Below, one piece after another: positions 9,850-18,791 of a stretch of DNA of 64,000 nt. Position 1 is the first letter of the stretch. Each line of letters starts with the position of its first letter. Made by a program: the position numbers and the translations under genes. The DNA is from Alphaproteobacteria bacterium (GTDB lineage: Bacteria > Pseudomonadota > Alphaproteobacteria > MPNO01 > UBA830). Under the pieces are notes generated by a model, which saw only the letters and a list, made by a program, of their open reading frames with translations, ran no database searches and was not told the DNA's origin. The stretch is taken from NCBI GenBank assembly GCA_965243135.1, contig OZ251539.1, forward strand, positions 5,536,001 through 5,600,000, written 5' to 3'.

Positions 9850-10714
9850 CGCCGTCCTCCGGAGCGCGGAACGACAGGCGGGCGACGGCGCCGGCGTTCG
9901 AGACCAGCGCGTGCGGCGTGTCCGGCAGGCGGTAGGCCCAGCGGCCGCCGGAGCCGCGCTCGGCGGCGAGCGGCCCCGGCGACAGGACGTGCAGCCGGGT
10001 GACCAGCAGCAGGTCGCCGTCGAGGCGCCAGGCGCGGTCGGAAAGGCCGCCGCCCGCGACCTCGAGGCGCGCCGCGGACGGCGGGATCGCGCCGGTCAGC
10101 AGGCCGAGCAGCGCCGGATCGCCGGCGTGGAAGGCGGCCGGCTGCGCCAGCGCCGCCGGGTCGGCGTTGGGTCCGGGAACGCCGAGGCGGATCTCCACCC
10201 GGAAATCCGCCGTCCCGCCGCCGCCGCGCAGCATCAGCATGACGGGGTCGGGGCGGCCGCGCAGCTTGACCGCGGCGTTGCCCGACAGGAAGGAATGCCG
10301 CGGCACGAGGAACAGCAGGTGCTCGCTGCCCGGTGCCCGCTCGTCCTCTCCCGGAAGGAAGCGGGCGTCGACCAGCGCCTCGGCGACCGGCCACGGCGCG
10401 CCCGTCGTGTCGCTGAACGACACCGCGGTGGCGTAGCCGCGCGCGATCCGGATCTCGGGAACGGCGCCGTCCTCGAGCCGGACGCGGCGGACGCGGCCGG
10501 CGGGCGGGCCGCCTCCGGCGTCCGCCGTGGCGCGCCGGGTCTGCTGCAGGAGCCGGCCGAGCAGCTCGATCTGGCGCCGCGTGAACGGCAGCGCGGCGCG
10601 GCCCTCGCGGGCGACCTCGCCGTCGGGCGCCGCGTGGTCCGGCCAGACGTCGGGCGGCTCCTGGGCCGCCGCGGGGGCGGCGGCGATCAGCGCCGCGAGA
10701 AGGACGGGCCTCAT
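9839..10714 (-). CDS. icmK: IcmK/DotH/TraN outer-membrane core protein
   Basis: Signal peptide, GYATAVSFSDTTGAPWPV, GNAAVKLRG..DPV, DFRVEIRLGVPGPNA, LLGLLTGAIPP. Confidence 0.88.
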   Translation of the reverse strand: MRPVLLAALIAAAPAAAQEPPDVWPDHAAPDGEVAREGRAALPFTRRQIELLGRLLQQTRRATADAGGGPPAGRVRRVRLEDGAVPEIRIARGYATAVSFSDTTGAPWPVAEALVDARFLPGEDERAPGSEHLLFLVPRHSFLSGNAAVKLRGRPDPVMLMLRGGGGTADFRVEIRLGVPGPNADPAALAQPAAFHAGDPALLGLLTGAIPPSAARLEVAGGGLSDRAWRLDGDLLLVTRLHVLSPGPLAAERGSGGRWAYRLPDTPHALVSNAGAVARLSFRAPEDGDAD

Positions 10715-11343
10715 TTCCTGGCGGCGATCAGCTGGGCGATGCCGACGCCGCCGAACCGCTCGGACAGCGGCACCCGCATGACGAGGACGCGGGCGACGAG
10801 ATCCTGGTCGACCCGCCGCCGGCCCGCCTGGAAGGTGACGAGGATGGGGAATTCGATCTGCCAGCCGGCGCGGCCGCGGAACAACCTGGTTTCCGTGATG
10901 ACCGGCGCCCCGCGGGCGACGGTCGAGGCGACCTGGAGGTTGTCCCGCAGCCGCGTCAGGAACTGCGACTCCTCGAGTCCCTGGAGGAAGCCGTCGTAGC
11001 CGTCGTCGGTGAAGAGCTCGCGGACGGCGGACAGCCGCATCCGCCAGTCGTGGTGGCCGAGGGTGAACGCCTCGACGACGGCCGAGACCGCCCAGTTCTT
11101 CAGGGCGGCGTCGGACATGATCGGCTCGGACAGCGGCGTCAGCTTCACCAGCCGGCCGTCGGGGCTGGCGGCGACCGGGACGTAGACCGTGTCGTGGCGG
11201 GCGAGATAGAGGGCGAAGGCGGCCGCCGTCGCCAGCCAGCCGGCCAGCAGCCCGGCCGCGCACAGCCGCCACCAGCGGTGCTGGTCCGCCTGATACCGGA
11301 AACTCCGCCCCGCGGCCTCGACGGCCGCCGAATCAATCGCCAT
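10711..11343 (-). CDS. icmL: IcmL/DotI/TraM (VirB8-like)
   Basis: Single TM, DGRLVKLTPLSEP, W...AVVEAFT, LFTDDGYDGFLQGL, WQIEFP, GVGIAQLIA. Confidence 0.9.
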   Translation of the reverse strand: MAIDSAAVEAAGRSFRYQADQHRWWRLCAAGLLAGWLATAAAFALYLARHDTVYVPVAASPDGRLVKLTPLSEPIMSDAALKNWAVSAVVEAFTLGHHDWRMRLSAVRELFTDDGYDGFLQGLEESQFLTRLRDNLQVASTVARGAPVITETRLFRGRAGWQIEFPILVTFQAGRRRVDQDLVARVLVMRVPLSERFGGVGIAQLIAARK

Positions 11344-12073
11344 CGCCGTCCCTCCGGAAGGCGCGGCGCAGCCAGAGGCGCGCGTCGCCGACGTCGCCGA
11401 CGCGCCAGCCGACCCGCCCGCCGTCGCGCCAGAGGAGCAGCGGCACGCCGCCCTTGCGCCAGCGGTCGAAAAGCAGGTCGTTGCGCTCGACGGCCAGCGC
11501 GCCCTCCGGACGCGGTTCGGAGGCGCGGGCGGGGTCGAACCAGGCCCGTTCCGGATCCGGGCTCGACGCGATCGCGGCGGCGCGCCGCGCCGAGGCGGCG
11601 CCGAGGATGCCGAGCGGCATCACGCGGAGGCGGAGCGCGCCCCGCCGCGCCTCGCGGGCCAGCGCCGCGACGGTCGCGTTCGACCAGCGGCATCCCGGGT
11701 CGGCGAACGCCGCCACCGTCGGGCCGCGGTCGCCGACCGTGAACCCGAAGGCGGAAAGGGTCGACCGGAACAGCGCGGCGTTCCCGGAGAAGCCGCTCGC
11801 GGGCGGCGTCCGGTCCCCGGGCAGCCCGGCGAGCTGGCGGGCGGTGACCAGCCCGCCTTCGGGATCGTAGAGCAGCCCGGCGACGGCGAAGCCGCCGGGC
11901 GTCAGGTAGAGCGCGTAGGAGGAGCCGTCCGCGAGGGTGACCAGATGGCCGGCGAGGCCGCCGCGCTCGCCGAGCGGCCGCGCGGTCGCGCCGCGCTCCT
12001 TCAGGGCGTCGAGGACGCCGGCGGCGGCCGGGGCGGCGGCGAGCAGCGCCGGAACGAGGAGGAGAAGCTTCAT
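11333..12073 (-). CDS. DsbG/TrbB-like periplasmic thioredoxin-fold protein with CxxS site
   Basis: Signal peptide, LYLTPGG.AVAGLLYD N-domain, FADPGCRWS, VMPLGIL..AS..RAAAI, GVP cis-Pro loop. Confidence 0.75.
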   Translation of the reverse strand: MKLLLLVPALLAAAPAAAGVLDALKERGATARPLGERGGLAGHLVTLADGSSYALYLTPGGFAVAGLLYDPEGGLVTARQLAGLPGDRTPPASGFSGNAALFRSTLSAFGFTVGDRGPTVAAFADPGCRWSNATVAALAREARRGALRLRVMPLGILGAASARRAAAIASSPDPERAWFDPARASEPRPEGALAVERNDLLFDRWRKGGVPLLLWRDGGRVGWRVGDVGDARLWLRRAFRRDGDGD

Positions 12074-12648
12074 GGCGCGCCTCCCGGCGGCGGCAGGCGG
12101 TGCGTCACGGCGAGGGATCCGGCGCGGAGCTCGCCCGCGGGCGGACGCGGCAGATGGCTCAGCCCGAACAGGAGGGTCCGCGCCGCCTCGGCGAAGGTTC
12201 CGCGGAACGTCCGCGCCTCGTGCAGCCGCCATTGCAGGTCGGTGAGCCACACGATGCCGACGCCGGCGCGGGCGCCCCAGCGTTCGAGCGCGTCCCGCAG
12301 GGTCTCGCCGGCGGCGATTTTCCATTCGGCGGCGTCGTCGCGCAGGTCCGCGTCGCCCGGCGCGATCCCGGCCGGGCGGACGTGGAGCTCGCCGCCGCGG
12401 CGGGTCCAGGCGAGGCCCTCGCCCCACAGCAGCGCCCGCCAGCCGGGGTAGTCGCGGGTCACCCGGCGTCCGGCGTCGACGCGGCGGTCGAAGCGCGGCT
12501 CGAGGGCGGGAGCCATGCGCCGCAGCGTCTGCGCGAGGGACGCCGGGTCGTCGGCGACCGCGAGGCTGGGGCGCGCGCCTTGCGGCGCGACGTAGCGGAA
12601 TTCCGCCGCCGCGGGCGGCGCGGCGAGGGCGGCGAGAACGGCGGCCAT
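12070..12648 (-). CDS. TcpQ/PilL-domain periplasmic pilus protein
   Basis: Signal peptide. C-terminal WKIAAGETLRDALERWGARAGVGIVW...FRGTFAEAA motif. Confidence 0.75.
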   Translation of the reverse strand: MAAVLAALAAPPAAAEFRYVAPQGARPSLAVADDPASLAQTLRRMAPALEPRFDRRVDAGRRVTRDYPGWRALLWGEGLAWTRRGGELHVRPAGIAPGDADLRDDAAEWKIAAGETLRDALERWGARAGVGIVWLTDLQWRLHEARTFRGTFAEAARTLLFGLSHLPRPPAGELRAGSLAVTHRLPPPGGAP

Positions 12649-12908
12649 CAGCCGTAGTCCGCGAAGCGCCGGACGCGGTGGAGCGCCGGACGGCGCCCCG
12701 CGAGGCGGGCGCGGACGGCGCGGATGGCGGTCGCGAGGCGGTAGCCCCGGGCCTCCGCGGCGCGCAGCGCGATGACCGCGGCCAGCAGCGCCGCCGTCGT
12801 CGCCCAGGAGGGATGGAACAGCCACGGGGCGAACAGGAAGAGCAGCCGGGCGTCGAAGACGAAGAAGCGCACCGGGCGCATCGAGTCCCGCCACGCGACC
12901 TCCCTCAC
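12648..12908 (-). CDS. icmT: IcmT/TraK
   Basis: WRDSMRPVRFFVFDAR motif and two short TM segments. Follows dotB; GTG start overlaps the dotB stop. Confidence 0.85.
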   Translation of the reverse strand: MREVAWRDSMRPVRFFVFDARLLFLFAPWLFHPSWATTAALLAAVIALRAAEARGYRLATAIRAVRARLAGRRPALHRVRRFADYG

Positions 12909-14023
12909 GAATCCGTCCCCGGCGCGAGGGCCTGGACGCGGCCGAGGTCGCGGTCGGAGATCAGTCCGTCGAGGTGCGCCGCGGCCGCGGCGAGGGCGAG
13001 GCCGTTCCCGCGGCGCGCGACCTCGGCGGCGATGCGGCGCGGCCAGTCGGCCGCCGGACGCTCCATCAGCCGCGCCTTGAAGGACGGGTCGAAGGTCAGC
13101 CACTCGCGGATCGCGACGCGCCCGCCCGACGGGTTCGGCAGCAGCATCTGGGTGGCCGCGAGGTTGAGCGCGTCCAGCAGCGCCGCCGCCCGCTCGGCGC
13201 GCTCGGCGGCCGGGAACTCGGCGATCATGCGCCGGATCGTCGAGGCGACGCCGACGGTGTGGGCGGTGGAGTAGACGGCGATGCCGAAGTCGGCGGCGCG
13301 GACCACCGCCTCGACGGTCTCGCGGTCGCGCGCCTCGCCGACGATCACCGCGGCCGGACGCCGCCGCAGGCTGGAGCGCAGCCCCTCGGCGAAGGTCGCG
13401 AAGTGCCGCGGGATCTCCGACGACGACATCATCGCCGCCGGCGCCTCCACCTCGTCGAAGGCGAACTCGATCGGCGACTCGTAGGACTGGACGCGCCCGG
13501 CGCCGCGCTCCAGAAGCCGCCGCGTGCCGGCGGCGAGCAGGGTCGACTTGCCGCTGCCGGGCGCGCCGGTGATCAGGGTCAGGCCGCGGCAGTCCTCCCA
13601 CGCGGCCGCGATCTCGTCCTCGATTCCGAGGTCGGCCAGACGGGGCGCCGCGCCCGGCAGGGCGCGCAGGGTGAGGTTGACGCCGAACGCCTCCGCCGCC
13701 TGCACCGGCGCGAGGTTGTAGCGGAACCGCCGCAGGTTGCCGCGTCCGACCGGCACCGGGCGCGAGCCGTCGATCGCCCTGCCGGACCGCAGGACGCCTT
13801 CGGCCGTCGCGTCGTGCACGAGGTCGGCGAGCCGGCTCATGGCCGGGCCGTCGAGGACGCAGGCGGTGGCGCGGCGCAGCGCGCCGTCGATCTCGACGAA
13901 GGCCGGCCGGCGGGTCTGGAAGGAGATGTCGCTCGCGCCGCGGTCGCGGGCCCAGAGCAGGAACTCGTCGAGGCGCTCCGTCGGGAACGCGAAGGCGGCG
14001 GGCCTCCAGAGGATTTCAGTCAT
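12905..14023 (-). CDS. dotB: DotB/TraJ PilT-like ATPase
   Basis: GASDISFQT, RRFRYN, Walker A GAPGSGKST, YESPIEF, SLRRRP..IVGEARDRET, YSTAHT. Confidence 0.92.
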   Translation of the reverse strand: MTEILWRPAAFAFPTERLDEFLLWARDRGASDISFQTRRPAFVEIDGALRRATACVLDGPAMSRLADLVHDATAEGVLRSGRAIDGSRPVPVGRGNLRRFRYNLAPVQAAEAFGVNLTLRALPGAAPRLADLGIEDEIAAAWEDCRGLTLITGAPGSGKSTLLAAGTRRLLERGAGRVQSYESPIEFAFDEVEAPAAMMSSSEIPRHFATFAEGLRSSLRRRPAAVIVGEARDRETVEAVVRAADFGIAVYSTAHTVGVASTIRRMIAEFPAAERAERAAALLDALNLAATQMLLPNPSGGRVAIREWLTFDPSFKARLMERPAADWPRRIAAEVARRGNGLALAAAAAHLDGLISDRDLGRVQALAPGTDS

Positions 14024-14804
14024 CGTCTTCTCCCTTCGCACGCCAACGGGCGGCGTCGAGCTCGAGGCGGGCCGGCGCTCCGAGCGCCGCCGTCGTCTCG
14101 CCGATGCGCATGAGCCGTCCGTGGCCGGCGACGCCGGCGCGCGCCGCGTCCAGCGACGGCGCGGTGACCATGCGGGCGGCGCGCAGGCGCCGCCACAGCG
14201 CGATCCCCTCGAAGTCGCGGTTGAGCCGGTCGAGGTCGGCGGCGAACACGTCGTCGGCAAGCGTCCGACCGGCCCGCCATCCTTCGGCCAGCCGGCGGCG
14301 CCAGTCCTCCCGTTCGGCGGCGTCCCTCGGGAACAGCGCCGAGACCGGGGGCTCGGCCGGCCGCCACGACCGGACGAGGTAGTCGCGCCACGACGGCGGC
14401 GCGGAGACGATCCGGGCCGGCGCGAGGATGCGGATCGCCCGGCGGGCCGCCGCCGCCTCGCTTCCGTCGCGGGCCAGGCGGAAGGCGTCCGAGGTCTCGG
14501 CGAGCACCGGCGGGCGCAGCAGGAAGCCCTCGCGGCGCAGCATCAGGCGGCGGAAGCGGTAGACGCCGTCGAGGGCCGGCGCGAAGCGCTCGAGCATGCG
14601 CCCGATCTCCCAGGTCCGCCGGGCCAGCCCGGCGCGCGAGCCGAAGGAGAGCGCCGCCGCCCGCATGGCGCCGCGGCGCTTCTCCTCGGCGAACCCGGCC
14701 GCGAGGGCGGGGCGCGCCTCGTACAGCGCCTCGAGGGACGGCGGCGCCGCCGCGGCGGCCGCCGGCGCGAGCGCCGCGAGAACGAAGACCGGGAGGCGTT
14801 TCAC
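14016..14804 (-). CDS. dotC: DotC/TraI
   Basis: AALSFGSRAGL, LDGVYRF..LM, PPV, IVSAPPSWRDYL, RLNRDFEG..L..L....MVTAP. Confidence 0.9.
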   Translation of the reverse strand: MKRLPVFVLAALAPAAAAAAPPSLEALYEARPALAAGFAEEKRRGAMRAAALSFGSRAGLARRTWEIGRMLERFAPALDGVYRFRRLMLRREGFLLRPPVLAETSDAFRLARDGSEAAAARRAIRILAPARIVSAPPSWRDYLVRSWRPAEPPVSALFPRDAAEREDWRRRLAEGWRAGRTLADDVFAADLDRLNRDFEGIALWRRLRAARMVTAPSLDAARAGVAGHGRLMRIGETTAALGAPARLELDAARWRAKGEDDD

Positions 14805-15256
14805 GAGTCCCCCTCCCGGGGCGGCAGCCAGTCGAGCTGCACCCGCCCGCGGTCGGCGTCGACGGTGAGCGCGGCGGCGCTTCCGGCCTGGAGGCCGAGG
14901 TCGCGGAAGGCGAGAATCAACGGCGCGCGGTCCGCCCGCAGTTCGGCGATCGGCGGACGGACGGGCGGCGGTCCCGCCGTCGCGAACGCGTAGCCCGCCC
15001 GCTCGGCCAGTTGCGCCGCCAGCGTCTCGAGCGGCCCGGTCCAGTCGACCGTGACCCGCCGGAGCAGTCGTTCCGGCACGATGCGGGGAACCGGCGCGGG
15101 CTCCGCGCCGTCCGCGGACGCCAGCGCCGCGAGCGCGGCTTCCGCGCGCACCGCGGCTTCGGCCAAGCGGAGCTCGGCGGGGTCCGGCGGCGGCGTCTCC
15201 CGCGGCGCCAGGCAGGCGGCGGGAAGGAGCAGGAAGGGGAGGACGGCGGCCTTCAT
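14801..15256 (-). CDS. dotD: DotD/TraH lipoprotein
   Basis: Lipobox-like LPAAC, LAEAAVRAEAAL, VTVDWTGPLE.L...LAERAGY, RDLGLQAG. Confidence 0.88.
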   Translation of the reverse strand: MKAAVLPFLLLPAACLAPRETPPPDPAELRLAEAAVRAEAALAALASADGAEPAPVPRIVPERLLRRVTVDWTGPLETLAAQLAERAGYAFATAGPPPVRPPIAELRADRAPLILAFRDLGLQAGSAAALTVDADRGRVQLDWLPPREGDS

Positions 15257-16311
15257 CGGTCGTCGATCACCAGATGCCGGTTGGCGGGGTGCGCCGTCGC
15301 GGTCAATTGCCGCGGCGCGTCGGCCAGCAGCGCGTCGACCGCGGCCAGGAAGCCGGGTCCGTCGAAGGACGCGGAGGCGTCGATCGAATAGCGGCCGGCG
15401 GCGCGCCAGACGATCCGCCAGCCGGCCCGTTCCGCCCACGCCTCCAGCGCCGCCCGCAGCGGGCGGTCGGCGTCCACCGTCCAGGCCGCCGGGTTCGCGG
15501 GCCGGGGCGCGCGCCGGCCCGCGTCGCGGTAGCGGTGGAAGACGATCGCGTCGCCGGTCCAGGTCCAGTCGTAGCCGGACAGCGCCGCCGCCCGCCGCAG
15601 CAGATCCGGCAGCGCGCCCTCGAAGGAAAGGGATGCCGGCGGCGGGTCCGGCGGGGCGGCGGCGGCGCCCGCGATTCGCGCCGGGCGCTCCTCGATCGCG
15701 ACCGGAACGCCGGCGGCTTCGGAGACGCGGCGGGCCAGTTCGGGAAACGGGACCGGGTCGCTGACCGACAGGGAGACCTCCCGGCCCGCGAGTTCCGCCG
15801 GAAGCGCCGGCGGCGGCGTCCGGATCTCCGTCGCCGCGATCCCCTGGGCCAGCGGCGCGCCGGACAGCGCCGCCGCGAAGACGAGGCCGGCGCCGGCCGC
15901 GAGGCCGGGGCCGAACGGGCAGTAGCCGGCGGCGACCGGGCGGCCGCGCCGCCGCTGCACGCAGGCGCGGTGGGCGAAGGCGAAGAGGCAGCCCGCCGCC
16001 GTCGCCCAGGCGAGGTCGAGGGGGCCGAGCAGCAGCCCGCAGGCGCCGAGCAGCAGGCCGTCGCCCGGCATGACCGGCCAGCGCCGGCCGCGCAGCTCGG
16101 CGGCGGCGATCGGAACCGCGGCGAAGCCGAGGCCGAGCAGCGCGCCGAGGGCGGCTGCGGCGAACGATCCGCCCTCGAGGAAGCGCCAGGCGGCGGCGAT
16201 CGCCGCGAGGGCCGCGACGGCGCGCAGGTCGACGACGAAGCGGCGGGCGTCGACGACCGCGATCCGGACGAGGCATGCGGCGGCGCCGGCGAAGGCGAGG
16301 GAATCGATCAC
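15253..16311 (-). CDS. A24 prepilin peptidase fused to periplasmic secretin-N-like and TcpQ-like domains
   Basis: N-half: catalytic Asp pair (VVDARRF; MPGDGLL) and CPFGPGL. C-half: FEGALPDLLRRAAALSGYDW and W.VDADRPLRAALEAWAERAGWRIVW. One uninterrupted frame. Confidence 0.75.
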   Translation of the reverse strand: MIDSLAFAGAAACLVRIAVVDARRFVVDLRAVAALAAIAAAWRFLEGGSFAAAALGALLGLGFAAVPIAAAELRGRRWPVMPGDGLLLGACGLLLGPLDLAWATAAGCLFAFAHRACVQRRRGRPVAAGYCPFGPGLAAGAGLVFAAALSGAPLAQGIAATEIRTPPPALPAELAGREVSLSVSDPVPFPELARRVSEAAGVPVAIEERPARIAGAAAAPPDPPPASLSFEGALPDLLRRAAALSGYDWTWTGDAIVFHRYRDAGRRAPRPANPAAWTVDADRPLRAALEAWAERAGWRIVWRAAGRYSIDASASFDGPGFLAAVDALLADAPRQLTATAHPANRHLVIDDR

Positions 16312-16583
16312 GGCGTCCTCCCGAAGGTCGCCGGCAGGATCCGGCACCACGCGCCGGCCGCGCGGCAGAGTTCCTCCGGCAGCGCCTCGCGGCGGCGCTG
16401 CGGGAGGCCGCGGTTGCGGGCGAGCAGGGCCTCCTGGGCGGCGGCGAGGGCGGTCAGCAGCGCGATCTCGCCCTGCAGCCGCTCCATCGCGGCCAGCGCC
16501 GCGCGTTGCGCCGGCGGCGGCGCAGCGGCAGCGGGGACGCAGGGCGCCAGGAAAAGGAGGAGGAGAAGGAGCGCCTTCAGCAT
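16308..16583 (-). CDS. Small secreted hypothetical protein (91 aa, Cys pair)
   Basis: MLKALLLLLLFLAPCVPAAAA signal. Overlaps both neighbours. Confidence 0.6.
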   Translation of the reverse strand: MLKALLLLLLFLAPCVPAAAAPPPAQRAALAAMERLQGEIALLTALAAAQEALLARNRGLPQRRREALPEELCRAAGAWCRILPATFGRTP

Positions 16584-17671
16584 CCGCTGCAACTCCCCAC
16601 GGCGAGGTTCGCGAAGACGCCGGACGACGCCGAAAGCGTTCCGGTCGCGAGGACGCTGCGGGCCCTGACCGTCGAGGCGACGTTGGCGGAGCCGGTCGCG
16701 CGCACGGAGCGGGCGGCGACGCGGTCGGCCGACAGGCGGGTCGCGCGGACCGATCCCGCCGCCAGGACGCCGGCGATCCGCGCCGAGGACGCCCGCGCGG
16801 CCCCGGCCGCGGTCAGCGAGCCGACCCTGGCGTCCCCCGAGACCGAGAGGCTCGCGGCGGCGACCGCGCCGTTCACCCGGGCGTCGCCGGCCGTCAGCCG
16901 GCCGGATATCGCGGCCGCGCCGCCGACCGCGAGGCCCGCGCCCACCGTCAGCCCGGCCGCCGCCGTCAGGTCGCCCTGGACCTCCAGTTCGCGGGCGATC
17001 GCCAGCGAATCCGCGGTCACCGCGCCGGCGTTCGCGACGTCGTTGCCGCCCATGTCGAGCGCGGTCTCCATGCGGTTGGCCGCCGGAAACCCCGCGATCG
17101 CCGTCCGGTAGAGCGCGTCGCCGTAGACCGTCGCATGGTCGTGGCGGCTGAACGCCGCGAGGGCGTTCGCCGCGGGAGCGCCCGCGAAGGCGGCCTGGAA
17201 CGCCGACATGTCGAGGTCGATCAGCGGACCCCGCAACCGGGTCGGCGCCTCCGGCGGCACCAGCCCCAGCCGGACCCCGCCCGAGTCCGCGAACAGCGCC
17301 GCCGACGGGACGATCGAGTCGCCGGCCGCCGCCCGCTGCGCGACCGCGATCCGGACGGCGTCCGCGCCGTCCGCCAGCATCAGGATTTCCGGCCGCCGTC
17401 CGAGCGCGTCGACGTCCCGCCATCCGGCCGGCAGGACGCCGGCGGCGCGGAGGTCGGCGATCGCGATCCGCGACGGACCGCCTTGCGCGGCCGCGAGCAG
17501 CGCCGGGAATTCGGCGTCGACGTAGCCCGCGGTCGCGTCGGCGAGAACCGTAAGCTGGCGCCCGGCGAGGCGGACGCGCTCGTCGAGCGCGCGGGCGGAC
17601 AGCCATTCGAAGCCGCCGACCGCGAGGGTCGCCGCCAGCGCGGTCGCGAGCAGGGCGCCGAACGGTCCCAT
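16577..17671 (-). CDS. pilV: PilV-like minor pilin/tip adhesin, paralog 2
   Basis: Hydrophobic N-terminus, shufflon-N-like region (IADLRAAGVLPAGW..D..G), LYR.A..G.P.ANRMETALDMGGN, small-residue beta-repeat stalk, C-terminal GSCSGC. Confidence 0.75.
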   Translation of the reverse strand: MGPFGALLATALAATLAVGGFEWLSARALDERVRLAGRQLTVLADATAGYVDAEFPALLAAAQGGPSRIAIADLRAAGVLPAGWRDVDALGRRPEILMLADGADAVRIAVAQRAAAGDSIVPSAALFADSGGVRLGLVPPEAPTRLRGPLIDLDMSAFQAAFAGAPAANALAAFSRHDHATVYGDALYRTAIAGFPAANRMETALDMGGNDVANAGAVTADSLAIARELEVQGDLTAAAGLTVGAGLAVGGAAAISGRLTAGDARVNGAVAAASLSVSGDARVGSLTAAGAARASSARIAGVLAAGSVRATRLSADRVAARSVRATGSANVASTVRARSVLATGTLSASSGVFANLAVGSCSGC

Positions 17672-17672
17672 C

Positions 17673-18791
17673 CTACCGGCACCCCGTGCAGGAACGGGTC
17701 GTCACCGCGCCCGAGAACCTCGCGGCCGGTCCGCCGGCGGCGCCCGCGACGCGGAGGCCGCGGGCCGTCAGCCGTCCGCCCGTCTCGAGGACGGCGGCGG
17801 AGATCAACCGGGCGGTCGCCGTTCCGGTCGCGTCGAAGCCCCGGCCGATCAGCAGGTCGGCGGCGCGCAGCAGGCCGGCCGCGGCGAGGGAATCGGCCGC
17901 CAGCCGGCCGGACGCCCGGACGGCGCCGGCTCGCGCCGCGCCCGCGACGCGGAGGCTCCGGGCGGTCAGGCGGCGGGACGCCGCCAACGACGCGGCGGAC
18001 GCCTGGGCGGCGGTCATCGACGCCGCGGACAGGTCCCCCGCGACCTCGGCGCCGCCCGCGACGGAAACCGCGGCGCCGGCCCGCGCCCCGCCGGAAACGG
18101 TCGCCGAGGCGGCGGCGATCATGCGCGCCCCGGTCACGGCGCGGCCCGCGGGGGCGCCGCCGAGGTCGAGCGCGGTCTCCATCCGGTTCAGCCACGGCCG
18201 CCCCGGCTGCGCCCGGCGGTGCAGTTGCCCTTCGCGGTAGCGCAGCCCGAAATCCGCCGTGACGTAGAGCGCCCCCGGCGCCGGCTGGCGGCCCATCGCC
18301 GCGGCGATCTCCGGAAGGCGACCGGACATCGGCGACGCCGATCCGACCTCCCCGACGCCGGCGAGGCCGGCCGCGAGCGCGCCAGCCCGCAACGCCGACG
18401 CCGAGGCGCCGGCCGCGGGCTCCAGCACCCCGAACGCGGTCTCGACCCCGGCCCCGTCGTCCACCGTCCCGAGGGTCATGGCGGCGCGGCGGAACCCGTC
18501 GGGCAGGCCGGGCGGAACCGCCGACCCGAGGCTCCGCAGCTCGGCCGGCGTCGCCGCCGCCGGCAGGGCGCGCCCGAGGCGCGCCGCCGCGCCGCCTTCC
18601 TGCGCCGCCCGGTGGACGGCCTGCAGCCAGAGCCCGAACAGCCGCCCGGCGGCGCGGTCCAGCGCCTCGCGGCGTTCGGCGTCCCGCGCCGCGTGCCAGG
18701 CGGCGAGCGACGCGCCGGCGAGGGCGGCGACCAGCATGACGCCCAGCGGCGACGCGAGGCCGCGGCGGCGGCGGGCGAGGAGGCGAATCAT
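17673..18791 (-). CDS. pilV: PilV-like minor pilin/tip adhesin, paralog 1
   Basis: Leader MIRLLARRRRG| then a hydrophobic helix, LHRRAQPGRPWLNRMETALDLGG, beta-repeat stalk, C-terminal SCTGCR. Confidence 0.72.
   Translation of the reverse strand: MIRLLARRRRGLASPLGVMLVAALAGASLAAWHAARDAERREALDRAAGRLFGLWLQAVHRAAQEGGAAARLGRALPAAATPAELRSLGSAVPPGLPDGFRRAAMTLGTVDDGAGVETAFGVLEPAAGASASALRAGALAAGLAGVGEVGSASPMSGRLPEIAAAMGRQPAPGALYVTADFGLRYREGQLHRRAQPGRPWLNRMETALDLGGAPAGRAVTGARMIAAASATVSGGARAGAAVSVAGGAEVAGDLSAASMTAAQASAASLAASRRLTARSLRVAGAARAGAVRASGRLAADSLAAAGLLRAADLLIGRGFDATGTATARLISAAVLETGGRLTARGLRVAGAAGGPAARFSGAVTTRSCTGCR

Noticed and set aside
743-15256. Legionella-type effector-translocating Dot/Icm system
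   Set aside because: Not supported as a firm call: IcmE is short, no IcmS/W/Q/R, IcmF/DotU or effectors are visible, and linkage to a type IVb pilus fits IncI-like conjugation better.
16300-17700. Shufflon downstream of pilV
   Set aside because: No Rci-like recombinase, no repeated sfx-like sites and no inverted C-terminal cassettes were found by eye.
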